DNA of 63,826 bases, counting the filler, from Octopus bimaculoides (Eukaryota): NCBI RefSeq assembly GCF_001194135.2. It is 6 parts of 6 records of this genome, joined end to end, with 100 filler letters (N's around TTAATTAATTAA, not from the genome) between each part and the next. Parts side by side here need not be neighbours in the genome. Positions count along the whole stretch, not along the records: positions 32,092 to 45,688 come from NC_068992.1; positions 45,789 to 58,200 come from NC_068988.1; 4 more parts are not named here. One strand, 5' to 3'. The position numbers were made by a program, and so were the translations under genes. Numbering within the stretch: the first letter of the stretch is position 1; every line of letters starts with the position of its first letter. Below, piece by piece: positions 37,788-50,856 of the stretch. The notes beneath the pieces are model-generated. The model saw nothing but the letters and a program-made list of their open reading frames with translations. It ran no database searches and was not told the DNA's origin.

Positions 37788-38270
37788 CTTCTCTCCTTCT
37801 CTTCTTTTCTTCTTCGTTTTCTTTTTCTTCTACTCCACCACTACCACCTTCTTCTTCTTCTTCTTCTTTTTCTTCTTCTTCTTCTTCTTCTTCTTCCCTC
37901 CTCCTCCTCCTCCTTCGTCTTCTTTTTCTCCTCCTCCTCCTCAATTTCTTTATGCTCTTTCTTCTTCTTCTTCTTCTTCTTCTTCTTCTTCTCCTCCTCC
38001 CCCTCCTCCACCTCCTTTTCCTTCTTGTTTTCCTTTTTTTCTTTTTCCTCTTCCCTATCTTCTCGCTCTTCTGCTTCATTTTTCTTCTTTTTACTTCTTT
38101 TTCCTCTCCTCCTCCACCACCTCTTCCTCCTTCATCTTTTCCCTCCTCTTGTTCTCATTCCTTTCTATTTTCCCTTCTCCACTTCCTCCTCCTCCTTCGT
38201 TTTCCACCTCTTCTTCACTTATTACCATTTCTTCCCCCTTCGGCATCGTCTTTTTTTTCTTTCCTCCTCT
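37788..38270. repeat. (CTT/CCT)n polypyrimidine low-complexity tract
   Basis: ~480 bp that is almost entirely C/T on the + strand. Confidence 0.95.
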
Positions 38271-38454
38271 TATTCGGCGAGTGTTTTAATCAGATTTAAT
38301 TACACGTCGTCATTTAGATAATTTGATAAAAACTAATTGAAACCTTCAGATATGAAAGTTCGTGTAGAAGAATCTTTAGAACACCGGACAAAATAAAATG
38401 CCGTGCAATATTTGTTCCAGCTACATCTTGAGATCAAATCCCGCTGAGGGTCTA

Positions 38455-38848
38455 TAGTTGTTGTTGTTGGCACTCCGTCGCTTACGACGTCGAGGGTTCC
38501 AGTTGATCCGATCAACGGAACAGCCTGCTCGTGAAATTAACGTGCAAGTGGCTGAGCACTCCACAGACACGTGTACCCTTAACGTAGTTCTCGGAGGATA
38601 TTCAGCGTGACACAGTGTGACAAGGCTGACCCTTGAATTACAGGCACAACAGAAACAGGAAGTAAGAGTGAGAGAAAGTTGTGGTGGAAGAGTACAGCAG
38701 GGTTCGCCACCATCCCCTGTCGGAGCCTCGTAGAGCTTTTAAGTGTTTTCGCTCAATAAACACTCACAACACCCGGGTCTGGGAATCGAAATCGCGGTCC
38801 TATGACTGCGAGTATGCTGCCCTAACCACTGGGTCATTGCGCCTCCAC
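38455..38848 (-). mobile_element. tRNA-derived SINE, family C variant (different head, shared 3' half)
   Basis: Head gtggaggcgcaatgacccagtggttagggcagc...; the 3' half (cagcctgctcgtgaaattaacgtgcaagtggctgag) is shared with 35976-36060. Confidence 0.85.
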
Positions 38849-38859
38849 AGGTCCATAGA

Positions 38860-39410
38860 ATACTGTACTAATTCAAGTACAGGAGCCGATGGTATCGACT
38901 TAGCCCCCTCCCCTCAAAATTGCTGGCCTTGCGCCTAAAATCAGAAATCGTTACTATGGTGGTGAACTGGTAGAATCGTTAGCACACCGGACAAAATGCT
39001 TTGCAGCATTTCGTCAGACTTTAAGTTCTGAGTTCAAATTCCGCCGAGGTCGAATTTGCATTTTATTCTTTCCGAGTCGATAAAATAAGTACCAGTTGAG
39101 CACTGGGGTCGATATATTCGATTAGATTCCTTTCCAAAATTTTCAGGCCTCGTGCCTATAGTAGAAACGATTATTACGATTATCGCTAATGCGATGAGCT
39201 GACAAAATCGTTAGCGTACCGGACAAAATGATTCGCGGTATTTCATCCGTCCTGAGTTCAAATTCCACCGAGGTCGACTTTGCATTTTATCCTTTCGATA
39301 TCGATAAAACAAGTACCAGTCGAACTCTGGGGTCGATGTAATCAACTAGCCACTCACAACTCTCCCAAAATTGCAGGCATCGTGCCTATAATAGCTAGAA
39401 AGAATTATTA
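38860..39410 (+). mobile_element. Head-to-tail array of three SINE family B copies
   Basis: Partial copy at 38860-38950, then copies at 38957-39180 and 39190-39410. Confidence 0.85.
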
Positions 39411-40359
39411 TGACTCTCGTTGGATTAACTTTCGTGCATGCCACATCAATTGGAACGGCTGAGGGGAAAACTCTATCAACTCCACACAAAACACTAACAA
39501 AAAGTAAAATGAATTAACAAAACAAAAGCCCGTACTTTTGTTTATCACCCAAGTAAGTGCCATATTTACATGGTCTCTCATGGTGTGCGCCAATATAAAT
39601 ATTTGATCAGCTACCTAAACTACTCCTCAGATTTGGGGTAAGTGCTGACATTATGGGAGTCTTGCCCAATTTCAAGTGGCTTCGCTGCCAACAACAAAAA
39701 AATAATAATAAATCGGTGTCACCTTGTTAATCCGAGAATCAGATAACTATGTGTGTAGGTATATATATGTGTATANNNNNNNNNNNNNNNNNNNNNNNNN
39801 NNNNNNNNNNNNNNNNNNNNNNNNNNNNNNNNNNNNNNNNNNNNNNNNNNNNNNNNNNNNNNNNNNNNNNNNNNNNNNNNNNNNNNNNNNNNNNNNNNNN
39901 NNNNNNNNNNNNNNNNNNNNNNNNNNNNNNNNNNNNNNNNNNNNNNNNNNNNNNNNNNNNNNNNNNNNNNNNNNNNNNNNNNNNNNNNNNNNNNNNNNNN
40001 NNNNNNNNNNNNNNNNNNNNNNNNNNNNNNNNNNNNNNNNNNNNNNNNNNNNNNNNNNNNNNNNNNNNNNNNNNNNNNNNNNNNNNNNNNNNNNNNNNNN
40101 NNNNNNNNNNNNNNNNNNNNNNNNNNNNNNNNNNNNNNNNNNNNNNNNNNNNNNNNNNNNNNNNNNNNNNNNNNNNNNNNNNNNNNNNNNNNNNNNNNNN
40201 NNNNNNNNNNNNNNNNNNNNNNNNNNNNNNNNNNNNNNNNNNNNNNNNNNNNNNNNNNNNNNNNNNNNNNNNNNNNNNNNNNNNNNNNNNNNNNNNNNNN
40301 NNNNNNNNNNNNNNNNNNNNNNNNNNNNNNNNNNNNNNNNATAATACTGATTAGGGTTA

Positions 40360-41150
40360 TCCGTGGAAAGAAAATCTTACGAAAAAAGAAAAAAACACGG
40401 TAACCTCGGAAAAAAAAGACATGAGAACAGAGCGCCCTTTCTCTCTTTGTTTTATAGGATCATGCTCAAGGTGGTTCAGTCATTCATGCGTACCATCCTT
40501 GGTACATTCACCCATCTTTTGTTAAACTTTTCATTAGTCAAAACTTACCTCTCTATTCTCACCTTCCTTTTCAAGTAATACTTGAAAAAGTTGATGAGAT
40601 GTTGGCCAAAGAGGAAAGTATTTATCTCTAAACCTTTCAAACGAGTCCACCATACATATTCTTTCACCATAGCCACCAGTACGATGAAAACTGCCTTACC
40701 TTCCCGGTTAGAAGAAGATGGCGGGGCAATATTTAAGATAAACTCGGCTGACAACCATGAATACTTCTGCTCGGCACGGCGCATGTTTACGCCTTGTCGA
40801 CCAGTTTCTCGAAGACAAGCACCAACCTTGGCCAAAATTTTCAAATCTGTGTTGACCAGAGTGATAGGCCTGAAATTATCTACAACGTTCCTCTTGTTTG
40901 AGTCTTTGTTTAGCAGTGTCACCGCTCCTCACTCACAAACCTAGGGATACTCCCGTTTTGCTGCCAGTTGCAGTAAACAGTTGCTAAGATGTCTCCAAAC
41001 AAGTCTGGCATATGACAATAAAGCTCGTAGGGAAGACCATCCAAGCCCGGCGTCTTGTCTCTCACGCAGCCTGCCATCGTATTCCGTGCACCAGCGGCTC
41101 TAATGGGACTTACACAACACTCGGCCCCTCTTTTACCAGGTAACCTTGTT
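40360..41150 (-). mobile_element. L1/Tx1-clade LINE ORF2 remnant with large internal deletion
   Basis: KTPGLDGLPYELY...NWQQNGSIP...TLLNKD...NFRPITLVNTDLKILAKV (start of RT) jumps at ~40820 to the C-terminal VAMVKEYVWWTRLKGL...FFKYYLKRKVRIER, then 3' UTR. Confidence 0.88.
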
Positions 41151-41388
41151 TCCAAGACGACCCCAAGCCACGCACATTTATACGACATTTTCTGAGCAGG
41201 AACCTAACGAAAGTAGTGTTTCAGACACAAAGAGAAAACATAAAATGGGAGAGAGAAAGAGAGAGAAAGAGAGACAAGCAGACAGAGAGAGAGTCACTTA
41301 CTGTTTGAAAGTTGGGGATTCTCCTCAGAAGTTTCCGTGAGGAGATTTTTGTAGTCTTTTTTTTTTTTNNNNNNNNNNGGTCGATTTG

Positions 41389-41467
41389 CTCGACTAAAGG
41401 CGGTGCTCCAGCATGGCCGCAGTCAGATTACTGAAACAAATACAAGAATAAAAGAATAAAAGAATGA
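41389..41467 (+). mobile_element. SINE family A 3' end
   Basis: ggtcgatttgctcgactaaaggcggtgctccagcatggccgcagtc. Confidence 0.8.
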
Positions 41468-41862
41468 AAGTAACCCTTAATGGTGGAAAAAAACAAATGA
41501 GTGAGGAACGGATTGAAGAATAGGGATTTAGCTGCGATTTATGGCAGGTCGAGCATCCACATAAACGCACCTCGCTAGAGCAGTGTTATGTTACTGTGTG
41601 ACAGAGCGACAGATGAATGGAGGGTGTGTGATAAGAATGAATGCTATGTAAGGGTGTAATCGGGTCTCTCCTCAGGGCTATTGTTTCGTTAGCACGCAAC
41701 ATTTAGCAACCGACATTCGATTACTAGAACAACACTCTAGCTTTACTCATGTTGTTTGGTTGTGTGGATATATGCGTACATTTCAGCCCCTTGTTGTGTC
41801 CTGAACTGCTTACGACTGTATATTTATATTTGTGTCTGTGTATGTGTATACATATATATACA

Positions 41863-41896
<34 letters not shown>

Positions 41897-42507
41897 NNNN
41901 NNNNNNNNNNNNNNNNNNNNNNNNNNNNNNNNNNNNNNNNNNNNNNNNNNNNNNNNNNNNNNNNNNNNNNNNNNNNNNNNNNNNNNNNNNNNNNNNNNNN
42001 NNNNNNNNNNNNNNNNNNNNNNNNNNNNNNNNNNNNNNNNNNNNNNNNNNNNNNNNNNNNNNNNNNNNNNNNNNNNNNNNNNNNNNNNNNNNNNNNNNNN
42101 NNNNNNNNNNNNNNNNNNNNNNNNNNNNNNNNNNNNNNNNNNNNNNNNNNNNNNNNNNNNNNNNNNNNNNNNNNNNNNNNNNNNNNNNNNNNNNNNNNNN
42201 NNNNNNNNNNNNNNNNNNNNNNNNNNNNNNNNNNNNNNNNNNNNNNNNNNNNNNNNNNNNNNNNNNNNNNNNNNNNNNNNNNNNNNNNNNNNNNNNNNNN
42301 NNNNNNNNNNNNNNNNNNNNNNNNNNNNNNNNNNNNNNNNNNNNNNNNNNNNNNNNNNNNNNNNNNNNNNNNNNNNNNNNNNNNNNNNNNNNNNNNNNNN
42401 NNNNNNNNNNNNNNNNNNNNNNNNNNNNNNNNNNNNNNNNNNNNNNNNNNNNNNNNNNNNNNNNNNNNNNNNNNNNNNNNNNNNNNNNNNNNNNNNNNNN
42501 ATATATA

Positions 42508-42542
<35 letters not shown>

Positions 42543-42744
42543 GTTTGTGTGTGTTTTGATCAAAGTCGGTCTTTTGTTCTAGTTATCCTTTTCTTTTCAA
42601 TGACAGTTGAAATAGATATGGAAAGACGTTTTATGTCGAGGTGGTCACTCAAATTTCATCACACTTTCAAGTGTGTGATATTCGATAGTATGTATGTACG
42701 TATGTATACGCTTAAGCGTGTATGTATGTATGTATGCATGTAAG

Positions 42745-43033
42745 CACGTTTACCATCTTAGGTCTGTCATGCCCCCGATCCCTACCTACAGAACTTAACT
42801 CACGTATCATTGCGTGTCAGTGACTTAAATTACAACTCTATCCCAACACACACTGAATAGGACGCCAGTCCTTCACAAGTTTAACTTCCCAACATTTACA
42901 GCTGAGTAAACTGGGACAACATGAAATTATGAGTTTTGCGCAAGAACTCATCGCACCGCCTCGTTCGAGAATCGAAACTACGATCTTATGATCGTGCATG
43001 TAACACCCTAACCGCTAGGCCGCACGCTTTCAC
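42745..43033 (-). mobile_element. tRNA-derived SINE related to family C, degenerate
   Basis: tRNA-like head (gcggttagggtgttac...gtttcgattctc) and catttacagctgagtaaactggga segment. Confidence 0.6.
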
Positions 43034-43124
43034 GCGGTTAGCATCTTGTAAGAGGGAAAATATGACAATAAACTTTAAAATTAACAATATTGTTTTCACA
43101 AATATATCAAAAATTATTTGTAAT

Positions 43125-43735
43125 AAGCACAAGGCCAAAACGATTGAGGGGAGGGGCAGTTCTTTTAATTGATATCACAGTAAGTTACTGGTACGTTATT
43201 TTAGTGATCTGGTAGGTGTGAAAGGCAAAGTCGACCGAGATGGGACTTGAAATCACTAAGTACTGGAACAAACACAGCAAGGCATTTTCTCTGCCATTTT
43301 AACAATTCTGCTAATCCACAATACTATGATTAAAACGATGGTTTCTAGTTTAGGCCCAAGACCAGAAATATTTGGTCGAAGGGTTGTAATCAATACCTTC
43401 GATTCCAGTGTTTAATTGGTTCTCTGTTTTATCGAACTCTGGGACATGAAAAGCAAGTCTGGCTACGGAAGGATTTCAGAAAAATGTAGAACTGAAACAA
43501 ACCCTGTCAAGCATTTTAACAATGATATTAATCCACCAAAGAATGATGTTAATAATTTCTTCTAACGTTGTAATTTTGAGGGGAGGGGAAAGTCATTTAC
43601 ATTGAGCCCGGTACATAACTGGTACTGATTTTATCGACCCCGAAAGGATGGAAGGCAAAGTTGACCTCGGCAAAATTTGACGAAATACTCCGAAGTATTT
43701 TGCCCGGTGTGTTTACGTTTCTGCCATCTGGCAGC
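43125..43735 (-). mobile_element. Head-to-tail array of three degenerate SINE family B copies
   Basis: Three repeats of tggtac..ttttatcga...aaaggcaaagtcgacc at ~43125-43320, 43335-43540 and 43555-43735. Confidence 0.7.
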
Positions 43736-43819
43736 CGATGTGCCATCTTCAGACTTTAATTGATTGGAAGTGTTATTTTCTGATCTTAAATGATAGTAAG
43801 TGTTATCATGTACATTTTT

Positions 43820-44210
43820 TGTCTTGGTTTAAAATATGGGCTACAGCAAATATTCTGCTCAGTACCACAGATTTGCTTCTCAATAGTTTGACCTTAACCA
43901 GCTGAACATGTCCCTCGGCGGCATGAGTATTTTGTTCAGCATCTTTAAACAACCCTTATTCAAGGATCTTTTGAACGGGATGGGCCACTCGACCTGAAGA
44001 AAATTTTAACAAGGTCCCTTCTTGTAAGGTCATGCGCTATTTATCTTGATATGAGATCACCATGTCGCGCACGTATGGTTGTGATGCATGTGCCTGGTGT
44101 ATCCTTATAAGACGTGTAGTCATGATGGGTATAATGGGCTTCGTATATTTTACCCCAGTGTCACTTTGATGGCATGCACTGCTCTCTCATTCAATAATAA
44201 TAATAATAAT
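43820..44210 (+). repeat. Interspersed repeat (my label E) ending in (AAT)n; second partial copy at 50410-50590
   Basis: tacagcaaatattctgctcagtaccacagatttgctt...tttgaccttaaccag recurs as tatagcaaatattctactcgtaccagagatttgcttgtcagttgcttgactttaatcac at 50423. Confidence 0.65.
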
Positions 44211-44625
44211 TTCAAATTTTGGCACAAAGCAAGCAATTTCGGAGGAGGAGTAAGGTTATTACATTGACCGCATTACTCCAGTGGTACTTATTTTATCGAT
44301 CCCGAAGGACGAAATGCAAAGTCGACCTCAGCGGAATTTGAACGAAGAAGAAAAAGAAGAAGGAGGAGGAGGAGGAGGAGGAGGAAGAAGAAGAAGAAGA
44401 AGAAGAAGAAGAAGAAGAAGAAGAAGAAGAAGAAGAAGAAGAAGAAGAAGAAGAAGAAGAAGAAGAAGAAGAAGAAGAAGAAGAAGAAGAAGAAGAAGAA
44501 GAAGAAGAAGAAGAAGAAGAAGAAGAAGAAGAAGAAGAAGAGCGATAGACGGAGCTGATCTCGGTGAATTTTTAACTCAGAATATGAAAGACCAAAGCAA
44601 AATACCACCGGACATTTCAGCCTAC
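44210..44625 (-). mobile_element. SINE family B split by a (GAA)n tract
   Basis: SINE sequence at 44210-44343 resumes at ~44555. Confidence 0.7.
44344..44540. repeat. (GAA)n/(GGA)n trinucleotide tract
   Basis: About 65 units, mostly pure GAA. Confidence 0.98.
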
Positions 44626-44644
44626 GATTTATCTATTTATCTGA

Positions 44645-44967
44645 GAAGGCGCGTGGCTTAGTGGTTAGGGTATTTGGCTTACGGTCGCAAGGTCGTGCGT
44701 TCAATACCTGGTAGCACATTGTATCGTTCAGCAAGACACTTTATTTCACGTTGTTCCAGTTCAGTCAACCGGCAAAAATGAGTAGTACCTGTAATCCAAA
44801 GGGACCAGCTTTGTCGCATTCGGTGTGACGCTGAATCCCCAGAGGACTACATTCAGGGTACACGATTCTGTGGAATACTCAGCCAGTTGCCCGTTAATTT
44901 CACAAGCAGAGTGTTCCGTTGATCGGATCAACTGCAGCAGTTGATGGTCGCAACCGACAGAGTGCTA
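44645..44967 (+). mobile_element. tRNA-derived SINE family C
   Basis: ggcgcgtggcttagtggttagggtatttggc...gcaagacactttatttcacgttg...tgttccgttgatcggatcaactg. Confidence 0.85.
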
Positions 44968-45282
44968 TTGTATTTTAACATCTAATAATTTTCAACAAAA
45001 AAAAATTACTGAGAGTTATTTCCCTTATAAATGGTTTCTTTTGTGAGTTATCTACCTTACATCATAATTTGATGAGCGGTATTGTAGTTTTGTTTCGGAC
45101 CATGAACTTCGGTTGATTTTAGTGATCTCCGGCGTTTTCTCATATTTAGAACAGGAATATATTGTTTCACAACTCCGTGTTTTGTACAATGGTAGCATTT
45201 CTTATAACGATTTTGCTGCAATATCTGACTCACACACCTGTACACACTCATACAATCACATGCATGCGTACATACATACATA

Positions 45283-45319
<37 letters not shown>

Positions 45320-45321
<2 letters not shown>

Positions 45322-45620
45322 ATTCTTTGTTTTAGTCATTTGACTGCGGTCATGCTGGAGCATCGCCTTTAGTCGAACAAATCGCCCCCAAGACTTATTC
45401 TTTGTAAGCTTAGTACTTATTCTATCGCTCTCATTTGTCGAACCGCAAAGTGACGGGGACATGAACACATCACATTATTTGTCAAGCGAAGGTGGAGGAA
45501 CAAACACAGACACACAAATACATACATATGTATCTATCAATCTATCTATCTATCTATAAACGACGGGCTTTTTTCAGTTTCCTTCACAAGGCTTTGGTCG
45601 ACCCGGCCCGAGACTATAGT
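45320..45620 (-). mobile_element. SINE family A, head missing
   Basis: tcatttgactgcggtcatgctggagc...aaggctttggtcgacccggcccgagactatagt, followed by (AGT)n. Confidence 0.8.
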
Positions 45621-45621
45621 G

Positions 45622-45676
<55 letters not shown>

Positions 45677-46120
45677 CAGTAGTAGTGGNNNNNNNNNNNN
45701 NNNNNNNNNNNNNNNNNNNNNNNNNNNNNNNNTTAATTAATTAANNNNNNNNNNNNNNNNNNNNNNNNNNNNNNNNNNNNNNNNNNNNGGCATGATTATT
45801 ATATTTGGTAGCTGAACCCACAACATGCCACAGCAAATATTAGTACTAGACATTAGAAGAACATGAATATATTACATTGGCGAAACAGCAACTTATGAGA
45901 TGGGATGTATTAGCTTATCGAAATTTCGCATATGAAAGCTTCGATTGCCTGCCGAAAAGATCTTGCTCTATTAACGTGTTACCTTGCATATTAAATGTAA
46001 TATATCACTTCTCATACCTGATGTCTGCCAAAACATTTCACACTAGAAACAAAAGTGTAACCACCTCAAATACGCACAAATATGCATAATCACACATACA
46101 TACCCTCCTTCACACACATA

Positions 46121-47154
46121 CAAAACATGTCAAAAGTAAAAATACACCTTTATAAGCGTTCAAATTTATTTAAATCGGAATTTATACGTTCGAATTATTT
46201 ATTAATTGCTGTAATTTGAATAATATTTATTAGACATGCCCCTTGCATTTTTCAGTACAAGGACTCTATTAGGCCCGTTAATGATCAGATGACGAATATT
46301 CCCTTGAGGAATTTCTTGCCAATTTTCATGCAGTACTCTCAAAATAGCTGGCTTAAAAGATGCTTTCTTGTTCTTTATATGAAGTTTCTTGTCCATTATG
46401 CCCCAGAGTTGTTCAATAGGGTTCATATCTGTTGACTGGTTTGTCTATGGAAGCTTTTAAATGCCATTCTCATCTAACAAATGTTGGTTTATTCTAACTG
46501 TGTGACAAGGATCCCCACCTTCCATAAATAAAGAGTTTTCTGTCATCATTTCACCACTGGAGAAGATTGGAAAGATTCATTTCTCTAATATGGACATATA
46601 TTTACCTGAGTTTATGTTTTCCTCAAACTCCACCAACTCTGATCAACCATTGCTCCAAATTGCATTCCAGACTATCACGAAATAGCAGCCATATTTTATT
46701 GTTGGCTGCAATCTTCTCACGTCAAATGTTTGATCACAGAGTCTCTAGACCCACACTTGATCGTGTCCAAAAATGCTAGTAGCCTCTCCACTATCTCACT
46801 GACCCAATATTTTCTCTGCTTGTTATTGGCTGGTCATAGAAGTGGCTTCCTTCTTGCTGCTCTGCCATAGTAATCAAGTTTGTGGAAATACCTGACAGAT
46901 GTTCTGGGACTAACACCAACTTGTTTTGCTATGTCAGATGACTTTCAACGATGATAATCCTCCCCACTTATCTTAACAAGGAGTAGAGTCATTTCAGGGA
47001 GACTTGGTCAACCTGAATTAGGAGATGTGGACAACTTACCATCTCTGGTAAATTGCACAATCACTCTATAAGTTGTAGACAGCGAGATCCCATGATTTTC
47101 TGCGATTTTACGCTGACTATTTCCACCTTAAGATTGACCGACAATATAGACTCT
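46121..47154 (-). mobile_element. Tc1-like (DD34E-type) transposase remnant
   Basis: SQRKIAENHGISLSTTYRVI...SSDIAKQVGVSPRT...YYGRAARRKPLL...DMNPIEQLW. Probable TIR TA|caaaacatgtcaaaagt at 46119. Runs into a gap and carries many stops. Confidence 0.88.
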
Positions 47155-47782
47155 TNNNNNNNNNNNNNNNNNNNNNNNNNNNNNNNNNNNNNNNNNNNNN
47201 NNNNNNNNNNNNNNNNNNNNNNNNNNNNNNNNNNNNNNNNNNNNNNNNNNNNNNNNNNNNNNNNNNNNNNNNNNNNNNNNNNNNNNNNNNNNNNNNNNNN
47301 NNNNNNNNNNNNNNNNNNNNNNNNNNNNNNNNNNNNNNNNNNNNNNNNNNNNNNNNNNNNNNNNNNNNNNNNNNNNNNNNNNNNNNNNNNNNNNNNNNNN
47401 NNNNNNNNNNNNNNNNNNNNNNNNNNNNNNNNNNNNNNNNNNNNNNNNNNNNNNNNNNNNNNNNNNNNNNNNNNNNNNNNNNNNNNNNNNNNNNNNNNNN
47501 NNNNNNNNNNNNNNNNNNNNNNNNNNNNNNNNNNNNNNNNNNNNNNNNNNNNNNNNNNNNNNNNNNNNNNNNNNNNNNNNNNNNNNNNNNNNNNNNNNNN
47601 NNNNNNNNNNNNNNNNNNNNNNNNNNNNNNNNNNNNNNNNNNNNNNNNNNNNNNNNNNNNNNNNNNNNNNNNNNNNNNNNNNNNNNNNNNNNNNNNNNNN
47701 NNNNNNNNNNNNNNNNNNNNNNNNNNNNNNNNNNNNNNNNNNNNNNNNNNNNNNNNNNNNNNNNNNNNNNNNNNNNNNNNNN

Positions 47783-47814
<32 letters not shown>

Positions 47815-50800
47815 CTAAAATTAACAGAATGAGATAAAAATTCGAGGCTGTTATTTCTATTTTTTTCTAAGACGTGATTATACCATATTCTGATATGATT
47901 TTACTAACATTTGCTTGAAGCTTCGTGGTAAAATTTAACACCGAATGCAAAATTTCTCCCATATAATTGAGATTGTAATTTTACTGTGTAACTGTAAAAC
48001 AAATGTTTAGAGAACTGGCAGTAATTTCTTCAGTTGTTAAATATACTTTTTCCATTAGCTTTTTGGACATTCCATATTTCTGTTTATCATCTATACTCCT
48101 GGGAATTCCTGTTAAGTGGATAATTAAATATTGATTGACTTCATGTGCCACGTTTATTCTATATTACTCTATCTCACCGCTGTTGCACAGAAATATACCA
48201 TGAAGAAATTTTAACAAATTGAAATTAAAAAAAAACCTAGATGGACATATGCCGTTTAAACTACCACTACGAGCGGAATGTCTAATGTCACTAAGATGTA
48301 TTTGTGAGCCTTGACCGTTACTTTGAAATTCTCTTAGGTAACGCAAACGTCATAAGTAGTGTGGCAACTTTCATGACTAGTGATCTCAACAAACACATTT
48401 TCCTGCCTTGCAAAACTGTAGAATTGCAGTGGAGTTTAAATTTTGCTTTTAAGAAATTTATATTTGGAGTCATGAGGAAGAAAAGTATCTATCTAACTAG
48501 AAAATTGCATTTTACAGGGATTTCTGAGTAGCGGTGTTTCTGAGTAGCGGTTCAGTTGGAGGCAATTGTTAGCTGTAATGTTTATACTGAATATAGTGAT
48601 ATAAAAAGAACAACAAATGGAACGAAAGAAAACCCAAATGTCGAGCCATCACCAACAGATCTCGTTCATTAAATATTATTGGATTGTATTTTAGACTGTG
48701 TATTGATAGGACCGTTAATATATTGAAGAATTTTGTTGTGTTGTGTTGGAAGTCCTTATTTCATCCATGTTAACAATCTCTCCTCTTCTCTCGAGCGAAA
48801 GAGTAAAGTACTTAGTAAATGAGTATCTGGTATAACTTCAAACAATACATCGCAACTGAAATTCCTGAACGCATACTCTTAGTAATGCTTGCACTTTAAA
48901 TTGCGAAAAAATGCACAAATACCAAATAACAACATTATTCAGGATTGTGGCACACACACACACACACACACACATACCGGTTAATATTAGTGTTCTAAAA
49001 TATGGCGATGGAATAATAATACAAAACTAAACACGTAAAGATCAAGAAAAAGAAATGATTTGTTTTATAAATAAGATGCTGCACGCTTTATAAGAAGTGG
49101 TTTAATATATTGTTCCGAGCACATTAGAGGTACATGCACGTCAAGAAGATGATGTAAAAGACAAAATAACTGCAATAAGATGTTTTGATTGGCAGTATAT
49201 TTTTGCATCATTACAACATCCTGTATGTAATATCAAATAATACACTAGAAATTCTGCGATTTTTTCCCCATTCCAAAGAATTTATTCAAGCAGGTAGTAC
49301 ATTTTTCTTCGCGTTCTATATTCTGATATCTACATTCGCTTTTTATTTCTTATAGAGGATTTACATTCATATAACAGAGTATAATAAATCAGCGTGTCTT
49401 CTTTGATATCTCAGATATAATACGAATATTTATGTAAAATTCTGGATGCATTTTTTGTGTATAACTGAATGCTTTATATATGAAAATTATTTATGTAGTT
49501 ATACATCAATGTTTAGCTATCATTAATGTATTTTTTCATCTTACCTTTGATGTTTTTGAAATCTTTCATCTGAACTGATAGACAACTGGTTGGTAAAATT
49601 GTATTATTCATTGCAAATATATTTTTGAACAAAGATAACATTTCTTGTTATATAATGTTAGATTTGAATCACAAAATAGCAATATTCCAGCTATAAATAT
49701 TGACAAGAAGAGACAAAAGTTTCCTCGCTACAAATGTGGTGTTATACACTTCCTTTAAGCTAAAGAAATAAACCCATTGCACATTTATTTCCCTTTGAGA
49801 AATAATAATCTGTCATTCGTATACATACATGCGTCCAAAAAACCGTCAACCATTTAAAATAATATTTGCATGTAGCCTTGCATAGAATTTTCACGGTTTC
49901 AGCTGATATTTTAACACGAACGAATGCAATTTTCTTACAAAGAAAACAAAGGAAACACTTATACAAGAAAGGAAAGAAAATTTCAGAAGAGACTTGAAAA
50001 TAACGAAAGTTAAATTGTTTGCTCTGTTACTCAAGTAAAAGATATTACTTGGGATGAGGCTTTAGTGGTATGAAATATCGAAACCGGTTTTCTTCCAAAT
50101 AATTTTCGACGCTGAATAAAATACTTGTGTTCTGTGTAGAATAATTCAGGAAATATGGGACGAAATTTTTATTTTCTACATTTTTCCTGTAAAAAGGGGT
50201 TTATCTTCTGTTACACCGTCTAACAAAATGTTTGTTTTCTTTTTTGTCCTTTGTCAGTAAGTATTATTTCCTATCTCCTTCAATCTAGAAATCAAAGCAA
50301 ATGATTACTATTCTCTTCAAACTCTGATTTCGGGACCTGAACATCAATGTTTTGAAACTGACCTATTTTCCCCTATATTTGAGACAGATTCAGCACTGAG
50401 TTGCTGAAACAGAAATATTGTTATAGCAAATATTCTACTCGTACCAGAGATTTGCTTGTCAGTTGCTTGACTTTAATCACTTGAGCGTATCCCTTATTTG
50501 GTGACAATATGTGCATCTCTCATCACGAGCAGGCGTAGTGGGGAAGCATCACAGCCATGTGTTGAAAAGGATTCTTTGAGGTTTTAATAAATGTAAAAGC
50601 ATGACAGATTGAAAGAAATAGACGTGTTTCATATTTTCTAGTGGTGAACAAATCAGAAATAACAGTTGCTACTCAAGGACAAAAATCATGTTAAATAGTT
50701 ATCATTTCTTCTCTGTTTTCATATCTCACTATAAGTGATATTTGAAGAGTCATAATTTCTAATTTCATTTTGAAGTCTTTATAGATCTACTCGTCCCACT

Positions 50801-50820
50801 GGCCAAAGGAATAACTTGTG

Positions 50821-50856
<36 letters not shown>

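Noticed and set aside
44645-44720. tRNA-like sequences here and at other SINE heads
   Set aside because: A/B-box-like motifs run straight into SINE bodies and no complete cloverleaf is evident, so they are not called as tRNA genes.
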